From a virus (Duplodnaviria > Heunggongvirae > Uroviricota > Caudoviricetes), in the IMG/VR virus record IMGVR_UViG_3300018432_000003, positions 19,394 through 83,393 of that record: a DNA stretch of 64,000 nucleotides, one strand, 5' to 3'. How positions within the stretch are numbered: the stretch's first letter is position 1; each line of letters starts with the position of its first letter. Both the position numbers and the translations under genes were made by a program. Below are positions 34,686 through 43,620 of this stretch, in pieces. The notes under the pieces are model-generated. The model saw only the letters and a list, made by a program, of their open reading frames with translations. It was not told the DNA's origin and made no database searches.

Positions 34686-35060
34686 GTGCAGAAGTTACGG
34701 CAGTTGAATGACGAGGACTGCTTCATAACATCAGTGGCGTGCATCACTGAGTTGGACAGGAGTGAACTCCCGCAGATAGTACCCACCAATGTACCCAACG
34801 ACATTGAGGGTGTGTGGACTGAGTGGGGTGATGAGTACGGGTATGCATTCGACATATACTCGGATGACCCTGGTGGTTTGAGTGTAGCACTCCTGAAGGT
34901 TGAAGGTGAGTGGGCACACGAGCAGACTAAGAAGTACGGTACGGATTACATTGTTCACGCCGTAGTGTGGCACTCAGGGTTGTATTGGGACCCTTACCGT
35001 GGCGTCACTGATTGGTTTGGTGACGTGGATAAGTTCGTTAAGATAGAGAGGGCGAGATGA
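34686..35060 (+). CDS. hypothetical protein with conserved Cys/His (possible papain-fold/permuted peptidase)
   Basis: GTG after AGGAGG; DEDCFITSVACITE ... VHAVVWHSGLYWDP. Confidence 0.4.
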   Translation: MQKLRQLNDEDCFITSVACITELDRSELPQIVPTNVPNDIEGVWTEWGDEYGYAFDIYSDDPGGLSVALLKVEGEWAHEQTKKYGTDYIVHAVVWHSGLYWDPYRGVTDWFGDVDKFVKIERAR

Positions 35061-35235
35061 CTACACTTGATAGGGAAGAGGTAGTGGAGACACTGGACGA
35101 GGTACTATCCGCGTTTGAACTCTTCACGGATAAGGTTGATTGGGGTAAGGCATTCTTGGATGCGGAGACTATACGTAGGACGAACAATGCCTTCGTGCAT
35201 GGTAACTTCGTGTTGAGGGAGGAAGGTAAGCGGTA

Positions 35236-35562
35236 ATGGCAATCATCGCTGAGTTCGTGATAATGTCATTGATACTCATGTTCGTCGCCTACTTCGTTGT
35301 GGTCAAGGTTGTGCAGCCTAAGTTGAAGGCAAGGAAACAGGACAACACACTGATAGACAGTCTGCATGACTCCTTGGAGGAAGCGCAGAGCAGGCGTGCG
35401 AGGGCTGACAGGGAGATGGAAGGCATGTCGTGGACCCACCCTGATTTCGTTAGGTGGAACCAGCTTAGGATACGTGCCAACGCCGACGTGCGTAGATATG
35501 AGGATGCTATAGAAGAGTACCACATACAACAGGAGGAAGAGAGGATGCTGAATGGCAGCTAA
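35236..35562 (+). CDS. membrane-anchored protein (N-terminal TM)
   Basis: MAIIAEFVIMSLILMFVAYFVVV then charged domain. Confidence 0.45.
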   Translation: MAIIAEFVIMSLILMFVAYFVVVKVVQPKLKARKQDNTLIDSLHDSLEEAQSRRARADREMEGMSWTHPDFVRWNQLRIRANADVRRYEDAIEEYHIQQEEERMLNGS

Positions 35563-35827
35563 GACGATAGATGAATACCTCTGGAACGTGAAGGAGTACG
35601 ACGAGTGGAAGCACAGGTACATCGCGGAGACTGACGACGAGAAGATTAAGCAGGACAGCTACATGACTGCGCACGAGAGGGCAGCTAAGGCAGCGTGGAG
35701 TGCCCTGGCACCGCTGAAAGGCCGAAGGGTTATCGTAGATGGTATTGTATACCTTATACGTGAAGATGATGAGAAGTACGACTGGAATGAACTGATAGTG
35801 GAACAGAAGGAGGGAGTGCTTGCATGA
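35552..35827 (+). CDS. hypothetical protein (91 aa)
   Basis: ORF. Confidence 0.45.
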   Translation: MAAKTIDEYLWNVKEYDEWKHRYIAETDDEKIKQDSYMTAHERAAKAAWSALAPLKGRRVIVDGIVYLIREDDEKYDWNELIVEQKEGVLA

Positions 35828-37887
35828 GCGAGCGTTACTATGGATTATCTTTCAGACTGGATGACGATTTCGTTGAGTCTTACATCAATCGTGATGTCCC
35901 TTGGGGCTTTGGTGTTCTCTCTGAAGTCTCTTTCTTACGTTCGTACTCTCGACAGAAAGACGTACGAACTGGAACGTCATGGCCCTACGACACGGGAAAC
36001 CTTGAAGATTTCCAGTACGGAGGGAAGGAAGCATGGTGGGAGACATGCGAGCGAGTAATCTGTGGCATGTACAGCATACAGAAGGACCACGTGCTGAACA
36101 TGAGGATGGAGTGGGACGAGGATAAGGCACAGAAGTCTGCACGTGAGGCGTACGACAGACTGTTCAATCTAAAGTGGAGTCCTGCTGGCCGTGGTCTGTG
36201 GGCGATGGGTACGTACCTAGTCAACTACAAGAAGGATAGCAGTGCGCTCTACAACTGCTTCTTCGTGTCCACAAAGGACATTGACAAGGACTTCACTGAA
36301 CCGTTCACATTCTTGATGGATGCAAGCATGATGGGAGGCGGAGTTGGATTCGACACTCGCGGAGAGTACGCGGGAGTTACGCTGGAAGAACCTGTTGGGG
36401 CCTTTGGATACAAGATACCCGACTCTAGGACAGGTTGGGTCAAGTCAGTTGAGCTTCTGCTTCGAGCTTACCTTGGCGGACCCATCCCGAGGTTCGACTA
36501 CTCTGACATACGACCAGAGGGCGCTCCTATCATTACTTTCGGAGGGACAGCCCCCGGACCCAAGCCCCTCAAAGTCCTTCACAGAAAACTTAAAATCCTA
36601 CTCGATGCCTACGTGGGGCAGGCGGTAGACTCACGTCTAATCGTTGACATAATGAACCTGATTGGTGTCGCAGTGGTGTCCGGTAACGTACGGCGCAGTG
36701 CTGAGTTGGCCTTGGGGGAGTATGAGGACGGTGAGTTCTGGCACTTGAAGGATTACAGTGCGAAGAACAGCTACCGTAAGAAGCACGGTTGGATGTCCAA
36801 CAACTCCTTGATAGTCACGCACGCAACACAGGTTGACTACGATAAGATTGCAAAGAGGATTGCAAGGGAGGGCGAACCAGGGTTATTCTACATTGAGAAC
36901 GCCCGCAACTACGGAAGGATGAAGAATGGTCCTGACTATGCGGACATTGATATCGAAGGTGCGAACCCTTGCGTTGAGATTGGGTTGGAGGACCACGAAG
37001 CCTGCAACCTCATCGAGCAGTTCATCAACAACGCCAATAACCTGGAGGACTTTCTCCGCACGCAGAAATTCGTATACCTATACGGAAAGACGGTTACCCT
37101 CCTGCCGACACACTGGCCGAAGGTAAACCAGAAGCAACTGCGTAACAGGCGAATAGGTGCAAGCCTGACTGGTGTCGCACAGTTCGTGGACGGCAACAGT
37201 TATGACGAGCTAAAGCATTGGATGGAGTTAGGATATGAGACTCTCCGTGAGTGGGATGAGGAATACTCCCGTTGGCTTTGTGTCCGAGAGTCGATTAAGG
37301 TCACTGCAATCAAGCCATCCGGTACTGTATCACTCCTGGCAGGCTCGACTGCCGGAGTACATTGGCCTACATCCAACTCTTACATTAGGCGAATCACCCT
37401 CCCGAAAGACTCGGCCCTTGTGGGTCCGCTTACGGAGGCTGGATACCGCATTGAGAAATCAGCGTATAGCCCCGATACCTCCGTTGTTGCAGAAATTCCC
37501 ATACTTGTTGGCGATGCGCGTTCTGAGGACGAAGTTAGTATCTTCGAGAAGATTGGCCTCGTTGCGCTCGCACAGGAGTATTGGGCGGACAACATGGTTA
37601 GCAACACACAAGTTTTCGACCCGTACCACGAGGTTGAATCGCTCGCGGCTGCACTACGACTTAATGCAGACAAACTCAAGTCGGTGTCCGCACTACCCAG
37701 AAGCAATGGAGTATACGCACAGATGCCTGAGCAGCCGTTTCCAGAGGGAGCAATTAGGCATATCCTAGAGAACGACCTGAAACCAGTGGACTTCTCTGAC
37801 ATATATGCAGGGAGGGTTCTCTCTGACGACGCACAGCGGAGCCTAGGTTGCGACACTGACGTGTGTGAAATCCCGAGCAGAAAGTAG
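35824..37887 (+). CDS. ribonucleotide reductase catalytic subunit (no beta subunit seen; possibly class II B12-dependent)
   Basis: NCFFVS...SMMGGGVGFD and ANPCVEI...EACNL motifs, 687 aa. Confidence 0.65.
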   Translation: MSERYYGLSFRLDDDFVESYINRDVPWGFGVLSEVSFLRSYSRQKDVRTGTSWPYDTGNLEDFQYGGKEAWWETCERVICGMYSIQKDHVLNMRMEWDEDKAQKSAREAYDRLFNLKWSPAGRGLWAMGTYLVNYKKDSSALYNCFFVSTKDIDKDFTEPFTFLMDASMMGGGVGFDTRGEYAGVTLEEPVGAFGYKIPDSRTGWVKSVELLLRAYLGGPIPRFDYSDIRPEGAPIITFGGTAPGPKPLKVLHRKLKILLDAYVGQAVDSRLIVDIMNLIGVAVVSGNVRRSAELALGEYEDGEFWHLKDYSAKNSYRKKHGWMSNNSLIVTHATQVDYDKIAKRIAREGEPGLFYIENARNYGRMKNGPDYADIDIEGANPCVEIGLEDHEACNLIEQFINNANNLEDFLRTQKFVYLYGKTVTLLPTHWPKVNQKQLRNRRIGASLTGVAQFVDGNSYDELKHWMELGYETLREWDEEYSRWLCVRESIKVTAIKPSGTVSLLAGSTAGVHWPTSNSYIRRITLPKDSALVGPLTEAGYRIEKSAYSPDTSVVAEIPILVGDARSEDEVSIFEKIGLVALAQEYWADNMVSNTQVFDPYHEVESLAAALRLNADKLKSVSALPRSNGVYAQMPEQPFPEGAIRHILENDLKPVDFSDIYAGRVLSDDAQRSLGCDTDVCEIPSRK

Positions 37888-37893
37888 GAGAGA

Positions 37894-38766
37894 ATGGCTA
37901 CAAAGAACCTGATAATCTACGACGCTGACCCTGATGGATTCGGGTGTGCGTACGCTGCGTGGAAAGCCCTGCCTGACGGCGAGACTGACTTCATGGAGAT
38001 ACTCCACGGTTCGGATATACCTCCTGGGTGCTCAGCGTATGAGAACGTGTACATACTAGACCTGTCGTTCAGCAGGGATGAGATGGAGTCACTAGCCTCT
38101 TTCAGTAAGGTGACGGTCATAGACCACCACCCGAGTGCGAAGGAGGATGTAGAGAAGCTGAGGCTGAACCCCTTCCCCTTCAACACTGAGGAAGCCGCCT
38201 GCGTACAGTCCTGGGACTTCTTCCATCCGTACGAGCCTCGCCCTAAGATACTACAGTACGTTGGGGATAGGGACACGTGGACTTTCGAGTTGCCTGCGAG
38301 TGAAGCAATCAACCAGTACATCTACACTGTGGACCAGACGTTCCTTGAGTGGAGTTGTGCGAACGAGGTCATAGAAACACAGTGGGAGTATGCCATGTCG
38401 GTAGGGAATCGCCTGCTCAAGTACCGCGACAGGCTAGTGGACGAGATTGTAAAGGAAGCCACGACCCCAAACAACTGGCAGGGTGCGTACTCAATCTACG
38501 GCATACCGTTCGTGTCGGCACCAGTCCTCCACAGTGAAGTCGGCCACAGGTTGCTGGACGAACACCCGAATGCCCCCTTCGCAGTCACATTCTATGACGA
38601 GAAGGATAAAGGGACCCGCAAGTACAGTCTCCGTAGCGAGGACCATAGGGTTGATGTAGGGAAGTTCGCTTCAGAGAGGGGCGGTGGCGGTCACCACAAC
38701 GCCGCAGGATTCAGGAGGTCACTGGACGACATCTGGAAGGAAGGACATGCGGCAGTACGAGGATAA
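37894..38766 (+). CDS. DHH-DHHA1 phosphoesterase (NrnA/RecJ-like)
   Basis: IIYDADPDGFGC ... VIDHH ... GGGGHHNAAGF. Confidence 0.65.
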   Translation: MATKNLIIYDADPDGFGCAYAAWKALPDGETDFMEILHGSDIPPGCSAYENVYILDLSFSRDEMESLASFSKVTVIDHHPSAKEDVEKLRLNPFPFNTEEAACVQSWDFFHPYEPRPKILQYVGDRDTWTFELPASEAINQYIYTVDQTFLEWSCANEVIETQWEYAMSVGNRLLKYRDRLVDEIVKEATTPNNWQGAYSIYGIPFVSAPVLHSEVGHRLLDEHPNAPFAVTFYDEKDKGTRKYSLRSEDHRVDVGKFASERGGGGHHNAAGFRRSLDDIWKEGHAAVRG

Positions 38767-39073
38767 CGTAGGCGAGAGGGTCATTGCGGGTGATAACATT
38801 GTAGGCTTGCAGGACGGTCAGTGTACAGCATACAAGATGGACTGGCCGATGTACGAACAGAACCCTGTGTACATGTTCGTAGTGGAGGTACTCAGTACGG
38901 GTGAGCAGCATGCATTCACTCGCCCGTTCACCATATACTTCCGCAATGGATGGCCTAGCTTAGTGTGGGAGATTAGTAATGGACAACTAGTAGCCGTACC
39001 TATCACCAGGGCTGCACTGAAGCAGGCCGGTAGCGTGTGGCTTGTGGAGGAAGCTAATGAGAACGTCAACTAA
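38747..39073 (+). CDS. hypothetical protein (~108 aa)
   Basis: ATG 38747 (track 38684). Confidence 0.4.
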   Translation: MRQYEDNVGERVIAGDNIVGLQDGQCTAYKMDWPMYEQNPVYMFVVEVLSTGEQHAFTRPFTIYFRNGWPSLVWEISNGQLVAVPITRAALKQAGSVWLVEEANENVN

Positions 39074-39080
39074 CTTCAAG

Positions 39081-40472
39081 ATGACCCCGAGGTTATACAG
39101 CCTTGCGGGTGCCTTCGAGAGTAGGGGGTATGAGTTCTACTTCGTCGGTGGTTTCGTCAGGGACACACTGATGATAAGCTCTTCGAAGGATGTAGACGCC
39201 ACAACCAACGCACCCCCGAGCGAGATAAAGGCCATACTCCGACAGCACTTTGGGGATAGCCTCGACGCAATGTACACCGTAGGCGAGAAGTATGGTACCA
39301 TCGGTCTGAAGATTGGTGTCCTCGACGTTGAGATTACGACGTACAGGACTGAGCAGTATGAGGATGGGAGTCGAAAGCCGGAGGTTGCGTTCGGTAGTAG
39401 TCTCTATGAGGACCTGTCGCGTAGGGATTTCACCATCAATGCCATCGCATGCGATAAGGATGCAAACATAATCGACCCTTACGGCGGGTTGGATGATATA
39501 CAGGAAGGAGTTGTTCGCTTTGTCGGTAAGCCTTATGAGCGCATATTGGAGGACCCACTGCGCCTTCTACGGGCAGTTCGCTTTGCAGCCCGTTATGACT
39601 TCGCTCTACCTCAACTGTTTGCTATACGAGTCGATTCGTCCGCGCTCCTTGAAGTCTCGAAGGAGAGGATAAGGGACGAACTCTGCAAGATGCTGGTGGA
39701 CGAGAAGCCCTCACGTGCAATCCGCATGCTGAAGGAGGCTTGGCTGCTGAGGTACGTAACCCGTGAGGTTGACAGGCTTGACACTGTTGAGCAGATAAGC
39801 CCCTACCACTATGAGAACGCCTTCGACCACACCATGAGGGTCCTTGACGAGAGCTACCCTGAACTAGACCAGAGGCTTGCTGCACTACTGCACGATACTG
39901 GTAAGTTCGACACGATAGAGTACCACAACGACCCTGACGAACGCACCACGTTCTACGGGCATGAGGAAGCGTCTGCGAGGTTTGCACATCGCATGCTGCA
40001 CAGGCTCAGGTTCCCTCACGTGATAGTGAACAAGGTCACCCACATGGTGGCGTGTCACATGCGTCCACTCCAACTCTACAATGAACTGGATGCTGGTAAG
40101 ACCCCTTCCAACCGTGCAATCCGCAGATTCATCAAAGCATGTCAGGCAGACAACTGCACTGTGGAGGACGTGTTGGAGCTTAACTACGCTGACATGAAGG
40201 GCCATGCAGAGCCGAACATGGACAACTTCTATCAGCTTGAGCGTCTAGTCAAGACTGTACGCACCGACGACAACTTCCAGCCGGAGGAAGCAGACAGCCC
40301 GCTGGATGGTAACGAGTTGATGGAACTCTTCAACGGAAAGGCAGGCCCAGGACCGTGGATTGGAGCTACTAAGGCACACTTGACAAACCTCGTAGTTGAT
40401 GGTATAATAGAGGTAGACGATAAAGAAGGTGCCAAGAGGGAGGCCCTAGACTATTGGAATCGAAGAAAGTAA
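39081..40472 (+). CDS. cca: tRNA nucleotidyltransferase (CCA-adding enzyme) with C-terminal HD domain
   Basis: GGFVRD ... DVD ... RRDFTINAIA ... EDPLRLLRAVRFAARY head domain; LLHDTGK HD motif; track start 39042. Confidence 0.65.
   Translation: MTPRLYSLAGAFESRGYEFYFVGGFVRDTLMISSSKDVDATTNAPPSEIKAILRQHFGDSLDAMYTVGEKYGTIGLKIGVLDVEITTYRTEQYEDGSRKPEVAFGSSLYEDLSRRDFTINAIACDKDANIIDPYGGLDDIQEGVVRFVGKPYERILEDPLRLLRAVRFAARYDFALPQLFAIRVDSSALLEVSKERIRDELCKMLVDEKPSRAIRMLKEAWLLRYVTREVDRLDTVEQISPYHYENAFDHTMRVLDESYPELDQRLAALLHDTGKFDTIEYHNDPDERTTFYGHEEASARFAHRMLHRLRFPHVIVNKVTHMVACHMRPLQLYNELDAGKTPSNRAIRRFIKACQADNCTVEDVLELNYADMKGHAEPNMDNFYQLERLVKTVRTDDNFQPEEADSPLDGNELMELFNGKAGPGPWIGATKAHLTNLVVDGIIEVDDKEGAKREALDYWNRRK
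40380..40408 (+). promoter_or_regulatory. sigma70-type promoter TTGACA-N17-TGgTATAAT inside 3' end of cca
   Basis: cTTGACAaacctcgtagttgatggTATAATa. Confidence 0.5.
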
Positions 40473-40858
40473 TCATAGCGGGGAGCAGGGACATCACACT
40501 TGCTCCCTTCGCTATCTCTGAGATTATACGATTGGCGGGGTACGAAACCTCGTCAACCCTCGCTGAGATAGACGACAAGCCGGTGATAACGGAGGTAGTG
40601 TGCGGTAAGGCAAGAGGCATCGACACGTCCGGGGAAGAGTGGGCGCACACTGCTGGAGTACACGTGATGGAGTTCCCTGCAAATTGGGGGTTCCACGGTA
40701 AGGCTGCTGGTCCGATACGCAACAAAGAGATGGCTGACTACGCCGACGACTTGGTGTTGATATGGAACGGGCGTAGTACTGGCAGTGGCAGCATGAAGTC
40801 TATAATGTTGGGGGTTGGTAAGCCAGTGTACGAGGTCATAATCAAAGGGTGGTCATGA
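40454..40858 (+). CDS. DprA-like SLOG-superfamily Rossmann protein (DUF2493/YspA-like)
   Basis: VIIAGSRDIT ... VVCGKARGIDTSGEEWAH ... IRNKEMADYADDLVLIWNGRSTGSGSM; TTG start. Confidence 0.5.
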   Translation: MESKKVIIAGSRDITLAPFAISEIIRLAGYETSSTLAEIDDKPVITEVVCGKARGIDTSGEEWAHTAGVHVMEFPANWGFHGKAAGPIRNKEMADYADDLVLIWNGRSTGSGSMKSIMLGVGKPVYEVIIKGWS

Positions 40859-41031
40859 GAGCAGTAGAGCTAAACAAGCAAGACTTGCAGACGTGTGGGG
40901 AGTGTGGTAGGTTATTCACAGCGGCAGTACCGATGGCCTTCTGCCCTCCGTGCCACGTCTACATGGAGTTCATGGTACTGTGGAATGCATACCTATACAA
41001 CAGATGGAAGGTGTTACCGTACAATGATTAA
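40855..41031 (+). CDS. small zinc-ribbon protein (58 aa)
   Basis: CGECG ... CPPC; ATGA overlap. Confidence 0.4.
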   Translation: MRAVELNKQDLQTCGECGRLFTAAVPMAFCPPCHVYMEFMVLWNAYLYNRWKVLPYND

Positions 41032-41386
41032 GTGGTTCTGCCAGTGGTATCTGAGGAAGTTCCCTCCGCGTACACCGGAAGGTAAGCACCCCGCACTCGA
41101 ACCGTGGGTTGTGGCGGTGACCCTCACCACTGACTCTGGCAGCAAGGAAGTCAGGTACGTTGAGTTCAAGAAGGATAGCCTGATGTACTGGAGTGGTCAT
41201 GAGGACTGGACTACGGCTAGGGAGTACGCACTCAGCAGGGCCGACAGCATAAAGAAGAACGGTTTCACTGAGTGGGTTGATGACCTAAAAAACCACTACC
41301 CTGTGCATCGAGTCCATCTAGTGCAGGCGTTCCCTAAGCCTACACAGCCGAAGGTGAGTGTTGCAGTTGACGACACCAACGTATAG
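41023..41386 (+). CDS. hypothetical protein (121 aa)
   Basis: ATG 41023 (MIKWFCQ...); upstream part of track ORF 40895 looks non-coding. Confidence 0.45.
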
Positions 41387-41873
41387 TTTCAGTGAACAGC
41401 TTGAGCGTGGTCAGCATTGGGAGGGTATATTAGACGAGTACTTTGAGCGTTGGTACAACATAAGGGAAGCTACTAGGGACGAACAGCGGAGGGGCATTGA
41501 CAGGTGGTTCAGGTACATCCCAGGCCCCGGTGGTCAGGACATAACCCGCACTCACCCTGCACAGATACCTGTAGAGTATAAGGCCGACGATAAGACCTCC
41601 ACAACTGGTAATGTGTTCATCGAGACTGACAGTATAGTTGAGAAGGACAAACCAGGGTGGGCTTGGAAGAGTGAGGCTGAGATATTAGTGTACCTCGCTA
41701 TACCCGACACTCTCTACATCGCAAAGATGAAGAACGTGCGCAGGAGAATACGCCAGTGGAGAGGACTGTACGGCAGCAGGAGAGTGAAGAACGAGTACTG
41801 GACTTCACGTGGGATTCCAGTACCGGAGGAAGAATTTGCAAGGGTATGCGACAGCGTTAGGAGACTACCGTAA
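41358..41873 (+). CDS. hypothetical protein, possible PD-(D/E)XK nuclease
   Basis: GIDRWF ... IPVEYKAD core; TTG start after AAGGTGAG. Confidence 0.35.
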   Translation: MLQLTTPTYSFSEQLERGQHWEGILDEYFERWYNIREATRDEQRRGIDRWFRYIPGPGGQDITRTHPAQIPVEYKADDKTSTTGNVFIETDSIVEKDKPGWAWKSEAEILVYLAIPDTLYIAKMKNVRRRIRQWRGLYGSRRVKNEYWTSRGIPVPEEEFARVCDSVRRLP

Positions 41874-42103
41874 TGTACACTAAGATGGCGAACACCTACA
41901 TACCTAATCAGGCAGTTGAGGCCATAACCCTCGACCCTGACAAGGGTAATGGTAAGGTGATAATAAGGCTCCTGAGCGGGCATAGTTTCGAGAAGAGGGT
42001 TACCCACACCACCTTCACTGAGTTGCAGGAGTTGTTGGAGAGTCACGTAGACTACGACCTGAATGGAGTGGGGCTTAATGAAGCTGATAAAGATTCAAGC
42101 TGA
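41873..42103 (+). CDS. hypothetical protein (76 aa)
   Basis: ORF. Confidence 0.45.
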   Translation: MYTKMANTYIPNQAVEAITLDPDKGNGKVIIRLLSGHSFEKRVTHTTFTELQELLESHVDYDLNGVGLNEADKDSS

Positions 42104-42305
42104 CGCTGGTGATGCATTCGTCAACCTTGAAGCCGTGGCGGAGACAGCCATACAGGGGAGGTATGTATACATAGAGAAGGTGAGTGGGACTGTACTTAAA
42201 CTGAACTTGGCCTCCGAGCAGGAGGCTGCGAGACTGAACAGGTTGCTGACGAACAGCATGGAGTCGTACAGCAACCATAAATTCAACGGAAAGGTGTTGG
42301 TATAA
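42078..42305 (+). CDS. hypothetical protein (~75 aa)
   Basis: ATG 42078 (track 42063). Confidence 0.4.
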   Translation: MKLIKIQADAGDAFVNLEAVAETAIQGRYVYIEKVSGTVLKLNLASEQEAARLNRLLTNSMESYSNHKFNGKVLV

Positions 42306-42541
42306 TGGCAGAAATAGCGGAGATTACACAGGTCATCAAGTTCCTCAAGCGCGGACAGCAGCGGGAGGCGATGGATTACATGCACGACGTGTTGGATGGT
42401 GCTGACCTCACTGAGATTTCTCAGATGGGTACTCGCATCACTGCGTTGGCTGACAGCGTGAGCAACATCAAGTCTCGTGAGCGTGAAGCATCAAGGCGCT
42501 CCGTAGGAGGTCGCACGGCGAGTGACTGGACAGCAGTATAA
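42305..42541 (+). CDS. hypothetical protein (78 aa)
   Basis: ORF. Confidence 0.45.
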   Translation: MAEIAEITQVIKFLKRGQQREAMDYMHDVLDGADLTEISQMGTRITALADSVSNIKSREREASRRSVGGRTASDWTAV

Positions 42542-42794
42542 CAGTTGGAAACCTGAAAAGATAGACCAGGAGAAGGTACGGGACCTCACTAATCATGTGA
42601 GGTTCTACCTTACTCGGATACAGAATGCGGTATCACTGCGTAGTTACATGACGGAGGACTACTACGGTGACATGTTCGAGTGTGTTGAGGAATTATACAA
42701 CGTACTGGATATTAATGCACTGGCGCAGGACAACCGTCGTCGATTCGAGACTGAGAAGAAGAGGGTGAGGAAGCACTATGGCTCAGGTAGTTAA
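42522..42794 (+). CDS. hypothetical protein (90 aa)
   Basis: ORF. Confidence 0.4.
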   Translation: MTGQQYNSWKPEKIDQEKVRDLTNHVRFYLTRIQNAVSLRSYMTEDYYGDMFECVEELYNVLDINALAQDNRRRFETEKKRVRKHYGSGS

Positions 42795-42972
42795 CAACTA
42801 CTGTGATAACCCTGTATGTGGTAAAGTAATGAGAACTAGTCGCAGGGTTAGGGTTAGGCAGGAGTGGGATAGTAGGTGCCACTTCGGTAGGGAGTACTGT
42901 TCCACGCAGTGCGCTATGGAGAACATGGCTGACTTCGCTTTCGAGTCACAACAGAGAAGCAGGAGTTGCTAG
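42778..42972 (+). CDS. small zinc-ribbon protein
   Basis: CDNPVCGK ... CSTQC. Confidence 0.45.
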   Translation: MAQVVNNYCDNPVCGKVMRTSRRVRVRQEWDSRCHFGREYCSTQCAMENMADFAFESQQRSRSC

Positions 42973-43232
42973 TGTACGAGATGAACATAGTAGAGTTCAA
43001 CGACGGGGAGTGGGTCAACCTATACTGGATGGCCTACACCACAAGCCGCAGAGTTTTCGTGGAAGAGACTGGCGACAGTTACATAGACATCACATTCCAC
43101 TTCGCAGACGGTAGGGGTACGAAGTACCACACTAAGACTACCGACGAGGGTCTTGACATCATACGGGAGGCAATGTATAATGGAAGTGAGACACTGCCCG
43201 AGTTGCAGCAGCACGAAGCTGAGGAAGGCTAG
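42966..43232 (+). CDS. hypothetical protein (88 aa)
   Basis: ORF. Confidence 0.45.
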   Translation: MLVYEMNIVEFNDGEWVNLYWMAYTTSRRVFVEETGDSYIDITFHFADGRGTKYHTKTTDEGLDIIREAMYNGSETLPELQQHEAEEG

Positions 43233-43605
43233 GAAAAAGCAGGAGCACGTTAATGTAGACTACGAGACTTACCAGGGATACTACCGTGCAATTTGCGACA
43301 AGTGTGGTTGGGCTGGTAACATATTCCCTGACGACGAGAAGGATGTGCCTAAGACGGACTGGCCTATACATGTGACTGTAGGGTTGCACGGGAGTAAGGA
43401 TGGTGTGGCTGAGGAATTCTACGAGACATTCGCAGACGAGGATGTGAATGAGGACGAGTTCGAGGCGTGGGAAGGAAGGAACCAGTACAACTACGTGTAC
43501 GTCGGTAATGAGGTCATCATGCACATCGCAGCGTATGAGGACGGCACCACTAGGGTGACAGCCTTGGAATGCAACGGGAAGATGTACTACGAGCCACAGA
43601 GGTAA
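43183..43605 (+). CDS. zinc-ribbon protein (~140 aa)
   Basis: ATG 43183; HCPSCSS ... CDKCG. Confidence 0.45.
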   Translation, partial: EVRHCPSCSSTKLRKARKKQEHVNVDYETYQGYYRAICDKCGWAGNIFPDDEKDVPKTDWPIHVTVGLHGSKDGVAEEFYETFADEDVNEDEFEAWEGRNQYNYVYVGNEVIMHIAAYEDGTTRVTALECNGKMYYEPQR

Positions 43606-43620
43606 CAGGAAAGGGGGCAC

